Below the pieces are notes generated by a model, which was not told the DNA's origin, did no database searches, and saw only the letters and a list, made by a program, of their open reading frames with translations. From Polymyxa betae A26-41 (taxonomy: Eukaryota; Protista; Endomyxa: Phytomyxea): a stretch of DNA of 60,812 nucleotides. Shown in pieces: positions 22,872-38,100 of this stretch. Position 1 is the first letter of the stretch, and the number at the start of each line of letters is the position of its first letter. Location of the stretch: positions 1-60,812 of the forward strand of contig RBZT01000971.1 in assembly GCA_003693705.1 (NCBI GenBank), written 5' to 3'. The translations under genes were made by a program, and so were the position numbers.

Positions 22872-24491
22872 ATGTTGGATGTTAACCAGGAAGGACAAAC
22901 TGTCGCCCAGCCGCCAATGATGAAGACTAATCCTACGCTATCACCAGAGCAAGCCTCAGTCCCTGCTTCCTTGGTCGCGTCCACATTTGTCGAACAGTAC
23001 TATAGAACGTTGGGAAACGCTCCGCACCAGCTCCATCGTTTCTATAGCAATGATTCTGTTTTTGCAAGGCTCGAGCCAGGTACCCATGTCGCTATCTTTG
23101 GTTTCTGTCCACAGTTTTGCTGATCTTTCTATAAATAGGCGATGCTCTTTCGATGGATGCCGAATCCAAACTTACTGTACTGGGTCAGGTTGCCATTCAT
23201 GCTAAGATTCGTGATCAAAGCTACAAAAATTGCAAAGCATTAATTGATACTATCGATTTTCAAGATTCTTTTGACGGCTCCGTCATTGTCTTGATCACTG
23301 GTTACATTAGCAACAATGGTTGACTTAATTATGGAAACCACAATATCGGTAGATTTATGTGCTCTTTAGGTGCAAAACCTCGCCCATTTACTCAATCAAT
23401 CCTTCTTGCTCGCCAGGATCGTGGTGGCTACTACGTTCGTAATGACATTCTACGCTTCGTTCAGCGTAATCAAGATAAGAATGTCCCTGCGCCTTCAACC
23501 GATGCGCCTTCAACCGATGCCATCCAGGTACAAGATAATTATTTGTTCCAAATGAATACTAAATAGCTAGAATAGCCTGGTTTCGTTCCTGATATCAAGA
23601 CGCCCTCGGTTGTGTCAGACAATGCTGCTACATCTGATGTATGCAGTGAAGGTCCTAAAGAGAATGTTTCTGACACCATGGAGCAAGTGGAAGAGTTTGA
23701 TTCTACACCTCAGCCTGAAATTTCACTCGTAACTTTTACTGTATCTTTTGTTCTTTTCGCTAATGTATGCATTCAGGAGCAAGATATGAAGGTTGAGCAA
23801 GTTGAACCTGAACCGATCTCTGTCGAACCTGTTCCTCTTCCTGGTATCGAATTCATTGAATCTGATATGTATTATATTTTGATATTGTGTAGAGCCGTCT
23901 GTTGCTCCAGCTGTTCCTTCAAAGCCAGCTTCCTGGGCTTCCTTGTTCACAAACTCAACTCCCGCTCCAGCCCCGTCTGCTACTCAACCTGCTCCAACTT
24001 CTCCTATTCAATCTCCTTCTACTCAGTCTCCTCCTACTCCTTCTGAATTTTCCTCTAAAACACCTGAGTACTGTTCCCAACCTACCCTATCTTAATTTTA
24101 CTTAATCCCTACTTAGTTATTCTAGCCATATATTTGTTCAGAATCTGCCTGAATCTTCAACTGAAGCCGAGATAAGCTCTTTATTCTCAGCTTATGGCCC
24201 TGTTGACTGTGTCGATATTCTGCCAAAGCGCACTCTAGCGTAACTTGATGTTCTATCTCTCTAAGCGATACCCTGACGTCTATCGGCAGATTCGTAATTT
24301 TCGAGAATGCTCAGGGTGCCCAGGCGGCTTTGAATGCGAAGACGATCATGTTGCAAGGCCGAGATCTTCAAGTGTCTGCTCGTAAACCTCGTAGCCAATA
24401 TAATAATCGTGGCCGTGGAAGGGGTGGTCGTGGTCGTCATGTTGCTGCTCGTGGACGTAATAACAAGCATGAAGAACGACAGCAACTTTAG
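22872..24491 (+). CDS. G3BP/Rasputin-like protein (NTF2, acidic/PxxP, RRM, RGG)
   Basis: VASTFVEQYY..L...P..LHRFY, FTQSILLA...YYVRNDILRF (NTF2); PxxPxSWASL motif; IFVQNLP...FVIFE RRM; RGRGRGGRG tail; TAG at 24489-24491. Confidence 0.9.
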
Positions 24492-24614
24492 ACAGTTAAC
24501 ATATATTTTTATAAACTTCCATGTCGATAAATTGTAGCTTTTCAACAAATGTATTGTATTTCTTTCAATTTTGTATTGTCAAATCGTCAATATTCGCAGC
24601 AATTGTATTGTTGA

Positions 24615-25709
24615 ATGCGCCGTTTGTACTCATCGATATATCGGGCGTTGCCAAAACCATGGAGACGTCTGATTACATCTGGGGCTATTGGTGTCACTAT
24701 AGGATGGGCTACAGCTCCATATCTTCTTACTACTACAGAGCCATCTGTCCTTCCAATACATCAGCCCTTGGAAAATTTGGAACAAAGTCTTAACCATCGA
24801 GCTGCTGCTTTTGGCCTCCCGAGTTAGTGTTTAACCAGTGTATGCAATGTGTCTAACTGTAGTTTCTAGATTCGATGGGGATTAGTATACAGAAGGATTA
24901 TATAGCTGCATTTGATTGGAGAACAAGAAACCCTATCTGGGTTGCACAGATGCTTCGTAAACCGGGAAAATCACAAACTGGCAAGACGAAAGCTTCAAAC
25001 AAGTCCTGCACAAATCTGACATTATTTAGATAAGCCTCGTGGCCGTCAGAACGTCCAGTTTGCTGCCGATGAATCTGTACCAGCTCCGTTCCGAACCAAT
25101 CATCGTGATTATATTGGCTCTGGGTTAGATCGGGGACATCTGGCTCCTTCTGCTGATGCAGAATCACAGCGAGGTCTAGAACAGACATTCTTAATGACAA
25201 ATATCAGTCCACAGGTTGGAGATGGATTCAACAGAACCTATTGGAATAGACTCGAGAGATTTATTCGTCGTTTACTGAACGAATATGAAGGTTGTTTCGT
25301 TGAAAACATCCACTAATAAGCATTTAAATTGATTACAGAAGTGTATATTATATCTGGACCTTTATTTCTACCAGAGCAGTCCAACTCCAAAACTGTTATA
25401 TACAACACGATTGGCAATCAAATTGCTGTTCCAACTCATTTCTTCAAATCAGTTCTTGCTGTCAAGCCTGGATTTTTCAACCGCAGGACTTACTCGACAG
25501 CTACCTTTATCGTTCCAAATCGTAATATCGACCCGGCAACACCTCTGTCTTCATTCAAAGTACCGCTCGAGCAACTGGAGTCTAAAGCGGGCCTGATACT
25601 ATGGCCCAAAATCAATCGAGCTGCTCTGTCAGATTTGTGTGATGAAACCGGTTGTATTTTATCACTACTTCCGAGATTTGATCGCCACCGATCACAACAA
25701 CCAGAATAA
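24615..25709 (+). CDS. DNA/RNA non-specific endonuclease, EndoG/Nuc1-like, probable mitochondrial presequence
   Basis: FGLP, YIAAFDWRTRNPIWV, GSGLDRGHLAPSAD (DRGH active site), TFLMTNISPQVGDGFNRTYW, VYIISGPLFLP, VPTHFFK. Confidence 0.93.
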
Positions 25710-25898
25710 TAAAATATCTGAATATGTAATGTTACATATGACATGAGACTGTCTATCTTTACTGTATAAATCTATAAGCAGCTCTATACCAGTCTATATA
25801 GTACAGATCTATACATCATATCTTCTAGAACCTTTAACCATAGTGAATGTCATACATGCGCTGTCTGACCTCATAACCGATCAAAATATCTCTTTACA

Positions 25899-27524
25899 AT
25901 GTCGTCGTATTTGTTCGGCTTTGCCATCCTGTGCTTGATCATTTTTACACTGCTTCTATACCAAGTTCTCATCCGTCCTTATATGCAATATCGATATTAT
26001 CAGCAGGAGGCGAAGCGGAATCCTAATCTGTTGATCGATATGCCACCCAGATTCGTTCCATTATTTGGTGATCTGATTCGTCTGAACAATGCCCTGAAGC
26101 AGAGTGATGATCAATTCGTTTTATTACGAGAGGCGATTAAGAATCGTGCTCGATTCAGTGTTGGATTTATTGGATGTATCCCTCGTATTGCTATATTAGA
26201 TGCAGATGTTGTTCAAGATATATTATCAGCAAAAATGTTTGAATGGACTGGGATCAGTAGGGTCTCAGCAATGATATTTGGTTTAATGGTTCCTAATTCA
26301 TTAATCTCTATGGAGGGATTATCATGGCAGCAACGTCGTAAAATTGTTGTTCCAACATTTAGATACCAAATGATGAAAATATATGGAGATGCTATTTCTA
26401 CCATTTCTCAAGAACTTCTCAATCACACTGAACAATCTGAGAACGAAATCGATTTCGTGAAGATGTTCAAACGTTGGACGATTTCGATCATCGGGGCTTG
26501 TGCCTTTGGAGGCGCTTTCAATAATCTTGATGAAGCTGATCGCAAGCTAACTGATGAAGCCATTGACTCATTAACTGACATGATCAAATTTTCAGCAGAA
26601 TTTGTCACTAATCCAGTGAATTTAATTCCAGGCATGATGTGGTTCCCAACACCAACCAGATATAAGTTCAGATCTGCTATCAGACGATGTCAAGATGTTG
26701 CGAACGAAGTTATACGACGTCGTCTTCAAGGACAAAAACCTGCAATTGAATGTGGTATGAATCAGTAATTGCTGTTTCACTTTTCTTGAACTTGTCTCTT
26801 AGAACGTGATTTACTTGATGTTCTTGTATCTTATAAAACCGAGAATGGCAAGCTTCTATCAACTGAAGATATACGAGATGAATGTCTTCTCTTTATCTTT
26901 GCAGGACATGAAACAACAGCCAATCTGCTATCATGGCTATTTGTTGTATTTTGTCAATATCCTGATATTGAAGAGAAATGTCGTCAGGAAGTTCTCGAAG
27001 TACTTCAGTCTAAAGACAGCTCATTCCCAACAGAAGCTGATGTGAAATTAATGCCATTTCTTCATAGCTGCTTATTAGAAACATTACGATTATATCCTCC
27101 TGCTCCTGTTCTTGGAAGAGAATGTCGCCGTCCTTATAATCTAGGTGGATTTGAAGTTCAATCTGGAACAATGTTACGAATTGATATATGGGCGATTCAT
27201 CATAGTCCAAGATATTGGAAAAATCCAGAGAATTTTGATCCAAATAGGTTCTTATCACAAGATGAGCATGGAAATATGATTGTTCGTCATCCTTCTGATG
27301 TACATACACATGCATGGATACCATTCGGTCATGGAATTCGTAATTGTCCTGGACAAGGGTTTGCTCTATTAGAAGCACGAATCATCATGGCTGGATTGTT
27401 GTCTAAGTTTAATATTGAATTCTCTCCAGGACAGAGATTTCCTGAGAAAGTTGCCATTACTTCCTCACCAAAATATGGTGTTATGGGTCGTTTGATTCCA
27501 CGATCACCCAATAATAATCAATAA
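25899..27524 (+). CDS. Cytochrome P450, 2 exons (intron 26755-26802)
   Basis: N-terminal TM anchor; WQQRRK C-helix; AGHETT I-helix; ETLR K-helix; PNRF; heme motif PFGHGIRNCPG. Confidence 0.96.
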
Positions 27525-27539
27525 TATTTATTTGTGTGT

Positions 27540-28696
27540 TTATTGCCATCGTTTTATATTTCTCGATTGAACAGTGACCTGATTAAATTCATTAAATACT
27601 GTATATGTTGGCATTTGATCAGTACTTCCATGTTGCATTAAATGATGACTTCCAAGTTTTCGATTCATCTCTGATGCCAAGCTATCATGAGAATCTCTAT
27701 TACATCCATGATTAACATGATATGCTTCAACTGTTCTTGTCATATCGATCATCTGAATATCCCAATGATTATATATGTATGATGTGAACCAGTTATCTAA
27801 TAATATCTATTAGCAAAATTATGTTGAAATATAGCAGAAATTGTGCAATACCAAATAGAACACCACCTATAAAAAATGGAGGAATCTGATTCCAATCGAT
27901 TGGAAGATCTCGTGTAAATATGAAATAATCCTGTCGAAAATGAATGAGTAGATAATTGCTTTGAAATCCAAATGAGAGACCTGAGCAGTTTTATCAAATA
28001 AAGACGAGTTGTGAATAGATTTCATCCAATCTGTTTGGTATCCTCCAGATAATACATTATTATCAAGATCAATATTACGACGTCGTCCAATACCAAACCA
28101 ATGGTTCCATTTACCAGATTGTTCGTGTTCATGTGCATGAGATATGATCCCAATCAATGTTTGCAATAAACTTATATCAAACATGATATCGCTATTAGCG
28201 ATTGCTAATAATTTGCTCTGAACTTGTTTCAACGATTTGATTGTTGTAAGCAGATAACGATATGTGATAGCGTCGAGATCTGAATCTGCATTTTTATATA
28301 ATGTTGGTAGACCGAACTCGGTAGCTAACTGTATAACACGACAGTCTTGAGACGTCACAATAATATCAATTTGATCCAGATCTGCCCACGATCCCATCAA
28401 AAATTTCAGCCGCCTTTTCTCATGTTGAGCGAAGATGCAAATTGAGTGATTTGAGAGACTGACCTTTCAGAGCTTGTATTAGATTGCAATCTGGGTGACA
28501 TTAATATTGTCAATAACCCATCTGATCGTAATTGTCCTTGTAATCCAGAACGATAACATGTGTTATCTTTTCCAATAGCAGTATGAAGATTGGCAGATTG
28601 ATGTAATGGCGACCATAATGCTAAACTGATATTAATTAATACAAGAGACCACAATAGACATATAACAACAAGTATCTGAGCTGTCAATGGCATCAT
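27540..28696 (-). CDS. Putative glycosyltransferase-like (GT-A fold) type II membrane protein, about 4 exons
   Basis: N-terminal signal anchor; IANSDIMFD, GIGRRRNI, DYFIF...IPPFFIGG..FDNWF, IDMT.TV.AYHVNH. This motif series is recalled from uncharacterised GT-like proteins (plant RAY1 N-terminal-like); not verified. Confidence 0.6.
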
Positions 28697-29149
28697 TATA
28701 AACGATCGTCAGATGTAAATCGGTACCAGTTGCTTCTCATTATTTAATGATATCATATCGGTAGGAGATTTCATTGTAGAAATGAGCTATATATGTTAAT
28801 GATTATTACATTGATTGGAACCCTAATTCATGCTATTGTTAGCAAGTGAAATTAAAGACTTTCTCTTAATACAATCTGATATCTGCTGATATCCCATTAT
28901 TAGATGGATCCTAATGTGAACAGTACTGCAGCAACATCATCAAATGATAAAAACATTTCATTACAATATCAACTGTCGAGATTTGACCGAAATTGGACAG
29001 CTGGAATTGATTCAATTCGATGTTCGGTGGATTTTGTACACAGAAAAGTGTTATGTTCATTATTGCTGTCAAAGTTATTGAAAATTATACGCATCAGACA
29101 GATCGTTTAACAAGAAATAATAAATGTTCAATTTAATGAAGAATATATT

Positions 29150-32100
29150 TTACAAATCATCAGTATCTAGACGTCGTCGTGTAATCAATGCTTCAGCCAT
29201 AGAACCTGTATTCTGATTCAAGCTACGACTAACATGGTCGATATTTTGATTAAGTTGAACAGGACCAATCTCACTTGGATTATCATCACGATCATCATGA
29301 TCAAGTAGATCCTCATTACCAGTATTCGAATGAGCAACAACTTGATTATATAATGGATTCACTGATTGTCTCTCTAATGCCATATCTACAGCTCCTTTAC
29401 CAGATGATTTCTTCGATATTCGTGCATCAGCAGGAGAAATTTCTACAGGTTTCTCCACGTATACGGGTTCAGGTGCTGATTTCTGTCTTCGTCTTGGACA
29501 GAACGTCTTACGTAGGAAGAGAGCAGCTTGAGCGAAGAAGAAGGTGATGAGAGCAATAGTGAAGAATATGAGAATGAGAGATATAACCCAGTTCATAGTT
29601 GCATCAATCTGTTCAAGTATAAAGAATACTTGAGCTGCCATCATATACATTAATATTGACGTCTGTACTAATAGATGTAATCTATCATCTCCTTTACGTT
29701 GATAAGGATTTAATAATAAGATCAACATCGTATAAATACATGTCACTGACATTCCTATTGGAATCTGATAATTTCGGAATCGAGATCCAAAGAATGATAA
29801 GAGTGATGTTAGAAAGAGCTTGTGGAGATTATCAAGAAGATCGAACCACCAATAACTGGGTGAAAATGCATCATATAAGAATCCAACCTGAGCTTTAATA
29901 CCAGGTTCATGTAATCTATGACGTACTCGATATATAGACCATATAAAGAATAATGGTACACCAATAGGATATATGAATATTAATATTGGACTGTAATTAC
30001 GATATTCATACCATGTAGAAGTATAACATTGAGTACGAACATCAGATAGAAGGTAATCAACACCATCAACTTGTACACAATTATATAGACGTAATATGAT
30101 AGATGATGTCCCAGGATAGAATAAGAACAATAAGAAGAGGATCATACGCCAATATCGACGTCGTGTACGTTTATGTGCAGCTGGTGTAGATGTTCGGCAA
30201 TAACGTCTTGGTAATAGATAAATGAATGTGACAGCTAGAATCAATATAATAGGAGTGATAGATGCACTAATATATGTGGAATAGAAATTAGTAGAGAATA
30301 TACAGGATACCATTGTAATTCCAGCTAGATCAAAGTTTAATGGTGTGAACCATGATAGAAATAATTTATATTGTGGTGGCCATGGCACATCTAATGTACT
30401 TGATAGATTAGTTGTTATTTGAAAGAATCCTAATAATATCTTCATCTTGAACATAAAGTTAGGTGGTAATGATGTTATAACCTGCTGCTGTCCATTCAGA
30501 TGTCTATGTTGTGATATATTCAATAATGTTCTTGATGGTATATGAGTAGTAGGCATTGTTAGACTAGGCTGACTAACATGTCCAGATCCAGTCTGATATT
30601 GAGTCTTCTCTTTCTCCATTCTCATCAATTCAGAACCAGCACGTACTACTAGGAACAGCTGTAATGCAACACATCCACATACTAATGATGTTAAACATAT
30701 AAATGATAACAATGACAAGATTCGAGCTGGGCATTGTGTGCATGAACTTCCCCAAGTGTCGTAATATCCAGATTTACAGACAGCACAGAGCGGGCCGGTA
30801 CGTCGATCTGGACATTCCCCTTCTAATGTCTGCATTGATGGACAATGTGATGCGAATAGACATCGATAGAATTGTCCAGATGCAGATCTCCAATATCCAT
30901 CTAATGCATATAGAGTAGCATTAGTTGTACCATAATGTGTACAATCAGCACCAAATGGACACTGAAGACATGATTGTTCAGGAGGTGAACCAATCTCATG
31001 ATAATATCCTGGATTACATTGACATGATTGTTTGGATGAATCTGGACTAGATGTTGGACTACATGCAAGACAGACAGGAGTACCAAGTTTAGGAGCTATT
31101 AGATGTGGACCACAGACACTGCAATCAGCAGATCCATTAACAGCTGATGTCCCAATTGGACATAATGAACATGATGTAGCACCAGTTGAAGATTTACTTC
31201 CAGCTGGACATAGAAGACATTCATGAGAATTTGGACTGGGTTGATATGAGCCAGCATGACATATATAACATAATGTAGCTGCTGATGTATCAGAATATGA
31301 TCCAGATGGACATATAGAACATTGAGTAGATCCTTGAGTATTGCTATAAGATCCAGGTTCACATTTGTCACATGATTCCGATGCAGTAGTATTAGAGTAT
31401 CGCCCTTGTGGACATGATAGACATATTGTAGATCCAGCTTCTCCTGCATATGCACCAGCTGGACAATCTGTACACTCACTACTGCCTTGCTTATTACTAA
31501 TAGTACCAGCAGGACATAACTGACATGATCCATCTGATGATTTATATCGTCCCATATCACATGGTACACAATTATCACTACCAATACGTAATGTACTATG
31601 TCCAGCATCACATACTGAACATGAACTTGATCCAGATCGATTGGAATATTGACCAATAGGACATGATATACACTGATCTGAACCTGCAGATGAATATGTT
31701 CCAATACCACAATCTGTACATTCTGACATGCCAGAATTTTTAGCAAATCTACCAGCAGGACACGACATACATTGTCCTTGTCCAAGCTGATTCTGATATG
31801 AACCTGATCGACAATCTAGACATTGCTCTACAGCAGATCCATTCCCATAACGACCAGGCACACAATCAAAACATTGAATAGCACCTTGTTGTGGTTGATA
31901 TTGACCACGAGGACATGCATCACATTTCGAGCTAGATTCAGCTGATTGAAAACGTCCAACAGGACACAAAAGACAGTCTGTAGACCCCTATAACACATAA
32001 TCAATATGAGTGATGAGTGCAACTACAGACTACATACTGGATTAGGTGAATATCTGCCTGATGGACAGACAGTACAATCACTACTTCCATTATTGGTTTG

Positions 32101-35100
32101 ATATGTGCCAGCAGGACATAATTCACATGATGTAATACCCAGATTATTAGTAGCTATAGATCGAGATCCTGCTGGACACAGATCACAGACAGTCTTGCCT
32201 GATAGAGCAGCATATCTGCCAGATTGGCAATGTATACATGATGTTAATGCTGGAGCATCACCATATGATCCAATAGGACATGGAATACATTGTGATAATG
32301 CATTCTCATCTGAATATGTTCCAGTAGGACATTGTTGACATGGTCTGGATGATCCAGTCTCATCTTGATATGTTCCAGGTCCACATTCCTTACACAGAAT
32401 AGATCCAGGTTGATCTGCATATGATCCAGCCAAACAATCAATACATTGCGATTGTCCTTCATTGGATTGAGATTGTCCAGGTGAGCACGCCAAACTCTGA
32501 TTCTGTCCAATATCGGACACATAACGACCCGGCTCTGCGAATTTACATTCTTTAGCGCCATAATCATCAGTATATCTACCAATAGGACATGGTGTACATT
32601 GACCTGCACCAGATCCTGAATATGTCCCAGGTGGACATCGTATGCATGAATCTGATGAGTTCGTATATGGCTGATACTGTCCTGCATCACATACTATACA
32701 GTTAGTCTGACCTTGATCTGGTTGATATGTACCAATAGGACAAGGTATCTGATATGTACTGCCTATATATATACATTATATAGTACTCATAATACACACT
32801 CACATACATACCACTATCAACTACATAATATCCTGCATCTGATATCACACATGTATCAGCAGAATCACCATCACCTCGATATGTCCCAGGACTGCATTTC
32901 CGACATGAACTGCTCTCATTAGTACTAGTATAATATCCACCAGGACATGGACTACAGGAAGTAGCTCCAGGTCCACTGTAATATCCAGCCGTACAGATCC
33001 CAGAGCATGCTACCGATCCATTCTGATTCGTAAAACGTCCAGCTGGACACAGAGTGCATGATAATTGTGCAGTTACTGATGTAAATGTACCAGCAGGACA
33101 TAATGAACATATACTCTGTCCAGATATGTTCTGGTACTGGCCCGCTGGACAATCCTGACATGTAGATTGAGCAGTCAAGGCCGTATAACGACCTGGTTCA
33201 CATTCTGAGCAGGTGAACTGTTCAATGCCATTACTATATCGGCCTATAGGACATGATATGCATTGTGTTTGTCCACTTTGATCTTGATATGTTCCAAGTC
33301 CACATTGTGTGCATGATAAACTACTATTACTAGATGCATATCGACCTAATGGACATTTTACACATGATATTTGACCTTCCACAGCCGAATATGACCTATA
33401 CAGACCAAGTCAGATATAAACCCTGAAACCCTTCATTCTGTAATTGATACCCTGGATGACAGATATCACATGATGTGGATCCACCACCTGCCGTACTAGT
33501 CCCTGGTAGACATGCTGTGCACTTAGCCTGTCCTGATGTTGATGAATACGTTCCAGGGTCACATGATAGACAATAACTTTGTCCACTTAAGTTCTGATAT
33601 TGACCAGCAGTACATGAAGAACATGAAGTAGATCCAGGATTAAGTGATGCTGTCCCACGTGGACAATCCAGACATTGAGTAGAACCATCCGAGGTACTAT
33701 ATGTACCAGCTGGGCATGTCTTACATAATATCTGTCCTAAGGTCTCTGAGGCTGTCCCTGGCTTACACAGACTACAAGAAGTGCCACCAGGACGATCTTG
33801 ATAACTTTCATATTATGTCAGATATGATAATAATGTACACATAGAGATACCTTCCAGCAGGACACAGGTCACATGTTCGTTGTCCAGTAGATGATGAATA
33901 TCTTCCAGCAGGACATGATGATATGCATGATGAACTACCTGGATCTGGAGCATATTGTCCAATAGGACATGGTTTACATTGAGAAGATTGAACTTGATCT
34001 GCATATGCTCCTGCTGGACATTGAACACATGATGATGAACCAGTTATATTCTGGTAGGTTCCAATTGGACATTGTAGACATTGAGACTGACCCCAAGATG
34101 GACTATCACATGGTTATTAACTTGATTAAAACGTCAAATCAAACCAGCCAGTCCGATAATTTCCAAATAAAAGTTCATTTAAAACGGTTGCATGAATTTG
34201 GACATACCTGTATGTACCAATAGGACATAGACTACAGGTTGATGATCCAGCTATACCACTGATAGATCTACTATATGTTCCAGGTCCACATTTCATACAT
34301 TGACTAAGTCCAGTCTGGTTACCGAACCATCCAGATGCACACTGATCACATCTAAGTTGACCAGACCCAGCCTGTGCTGTCCCTAATGAGCATGATGTAC
34401 ATGATGTCTGCCTAGTGAATGGTTGAACTGTCCCGGCTAAACAAGACGTGCATAATGTTGATCCAGATGTTGAGGTCTGAGATCCAGCAGAACAATCTGT
34501 ACATGATATAGAGCCTAACACAACTGATTAAATAACATGATAATGACGATAGAATGATAATACCTGATAACTGAGCATATGTACCAGCTGAGCATAAATT
34601 ACATGCAGATGTCTTCTTAGTATCACTATTAGCAGATCCTGGTGCACACTTCTTACACGATGTCTGGCCTAATTGGTCACTATATTCGCCCTCTATACAT
34701 GCACTGCATGATGATTGCCGTGTCTGACTATTATAGAATCCAACTGGACATGGTGTACATGCAATAGCACCAGAGATAGCATAAGTCCCAACTTGACAGT
34801 CAGAACATGATGTAGCTGCAGTCTGATTACTTGCAGTACCATCAGGACATGGTGTACATGATATAGATCCAGATGATGAGGAAAATGTACCAGAAGGACA
34901 TGGACGACATGCAACCTGTCGTACTACATCTTGATATCCAGCAGGACATGATATATATGATAAGAACAAAGGTGATGAACTAATCTGACCACCACCTTGC
35001 ATTACTGATACAGGTATAGATAGACCAGATGTTTGTGGTATAGAACATGTTAACTTTCTATTTGGTATAATAGAATCATGAACTACATTATTACAGGTAT

Positions 35101-38100
35101 CTTCACCAATAAATACAATCGCATTCGATGGACCGAAATCAGATCCTGTAATAGTGATAGTAGGCTGAGAAGTACGAGAGCATGCGACTATGTGTGTGGA
35201 ATCTGATCCAGTTGTACATCCCTTAATTGTCGATAATGTTGGAGCTCGATATGATACCAGATTGACACTTCGTGAGTAGAGCTCTCCAGTAATGACAATA
35301 ACAGGCAGATTAACACCAACTCCAGCTGATAATAAACAGACAAGTGAGAATGGTGGCGAGATACTTATGACATCACATGAGCTTGGTCCAATAATAACGG
35401 ACGTTGAGTTTGATGTGAAATAGTTTCCCTGAATAGTAATGGGTATGGAACCTTCTGTTGGACATTTCGTGGTCGTGTTTTGATGATCAACGCAATATGA
35501 TGATGATGCCGAATGAACGAGAGCGGAGATTGGAAATGCGAATGTATCAGTACCGGTAACAGATGTTTGACCAGCAACGACAACAACGAAATGCCAATCA
35601 GTACCATCACCTTTGCCAACAAGACAAGATAGACGATCTGAACCTATAATCTGTACAGAGGTACATGCAATAGTATTAGTACTGGATCTAGATGTGAGAT
35701 AGACAGTCAGCTTGTCTGCCCAGGTCCCGAGATTATCAACAGAGAAATCAACATATTGATTAACTGATTTAATAGCAGTTAGGAATGATTGAGGAGTATC
35801 AGTTGGGAAAGATCTAAGACCAGAACGTATAACAGGAGCTAGATACGATATTGTAGAGATACTTGGTGATGATTGTAGTGTAAATCCAGGCATTTGTCTA
35901 TGAACTATTACAGATAGGTTAGCTCCAATACCAGTTGATATTGCACATATAATAGATGTATCTGTAGCAGATGTAATATTACAGGAATATGTTGATAAAG
36001 ACTGACTAGGTCCATATTCAACAATATTATTGGATATTGTTGAACTATCAAATCCAGTTCCGGTTATAGTCAGCTTAGTATTACCATTAGTTACAGGTAA
36101 TGCTGAGCATTGCTCAGGTGAACATGTCAATGATGTAATCTGTGGACCAGCATATGATACCAATCCAGATCCAGTACCAGACTGTCCAGAAACAGTAACG
36201 ATCACATCCAGATTAGTAAACGTTGGATCACTCCATGATGATAACGTGCAGATTAGCTGTGTGTGCGATGGCTGTGATACGGGCGTACAGGACCGCGACC
36301 CGATCGTGGCTGTGGCACCGGATACCCCGAAATTATTGCCATTGATTGTGAAGGTATTTGGTGTAGATAATGGACATTGATTAACAGTATGACCAGATAT
36401 TGAGCATGTTGAACTGGATATTGATGTAACAGTTGGTGGACTATATGAGAATAATAATCTGTTAGTACTGGATTGAGATGCAACACTAACAGCTACTGGT
36501 AATGCATGACCAGATCCAGCACCAACACGACATGTCAGGGTCGTACCGCCCGACACGCTCAATACTGGGCAGTTTCCATTACCGACATTAGCTGAGATCT
36601 GGCTTACATCTGTTCCGAAATTGCTACCGATTATGGTGAGCAAATAGGAGCCGGAAGTGAGGGTCGATGGTGTTGATAATGATGTCAATGTTGGACGATC
36701 ATATGAGAATGCTGAATTGAATATGTAGGTGGGATTATTACTAACAGTGATAGCAATGGGAAGATTGGCTCCAATCCCAGCTGGTATCGTGCATGTAATA
36801 GATGAATCCGAATATGAGCTATATGATGAGCATTCAGTGTTGTTAATGAGGACTTTACCATCAGATCCAAATGATGTTCCAGATAATGAAATAAAGTCAC
36901 CACCTGTACTACCACCATGTAATGGCCATATTGAATTAATAACTGGTGCATTGTATGAGAATAGTGCAGATGATGATCTGGCTGATTGTTGACCATCGAC
37001 AGTGACACGAACATACAGGCCCTTACCCATACCTGGTTGTAATGAACATGTAATCTGAGTATGAGCTGTTATTAATTGTGGTGATAAACATGAATATGAG
37101 ACTGAATCGTTCTCAATGACAACAGATCTAGATACAGCAGCATTGCCTAATGATGTTCCCGTAACTGTAAGTACAACATCAGCAGCTGATGTATCAGCAG
37201 TTAATGGTGTAATGGAAGTAATATTTGGTGGATTATAAGCAATATGTAATTGATTAGTACTTGATTGTTGAGCTATTGATACAGATACTGATTGACTAGA
37301 TCCAGATCCTTCACCAGCATTACATAATATCATAGTATTATTAACATATACTGCAGAAGAACATGATACACCACCTATACGAACACTAACAGAACCAGAG
37401 ATGCCTGATCCGAAATCAGTTCCAACAATAGTAACGCGTGCACCAGATGTTGGTAATGATATTGGAATAGTTCTAATTAATGTTGGGGCAGTATATTGTA
37501 ACGTAAGGGAGTTACTTGTAACACCAGATACTGATACTGTAGTTAATGCAGTTTGTCCTTGACCATTAGGTGATGTGCATATAATAATAGATTGATTATG
37601 TGAGGAGATCTCACATGAACATCTTAATAATTGAGTACCAGTTGTATCAGCACATTGACTTCCCATATTAACAGATATAATACTATCACTTGTGCCAAAG
37701 TCATGACCAATCAAGGTGACAGTCTCTGAGCCTCCTGTTGATAATGATGTCTTTCCAGTTGGCAGGATAGCTCGAGTCAGTGTTGGTCCTCGATATTGGT
37801 AATAATATCCTGAACTTGTTCGTGTATCAACAGTTACATACAGCATAAATGATCCACCAGGTCCAGATGGTATCTGACATGATAGTTTCGTATGATTTAC
37901 CAATGTCTGTACAGATGTACAATCAACATTATCTGATACACGCTTGATTGTCTTCGGCACTGATTTCGTTCCGAAATTCGATCCGGTGATGGTGACGATC
38001 GTTGTGCCATTGGTGCGGGCCCCAGTGGTAGAATCCAATGCAGAAACAGTAGGTGTGATTGCTGATATAACAGGAGCATCATATAAGAATGTGATGGCAT

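Noticed and set aside
23489-23521. 15-bp tandem duplication (APSTD x2) in the G3BP-like gene
   Set aside because: Ordinary in-frame slippage in a disordered linker.
28904-29110. 68-aa ORF between the GT-like gene and receptor A
   Set aside because: No motif or splice support; cannot be distinguished from a chance ORF.
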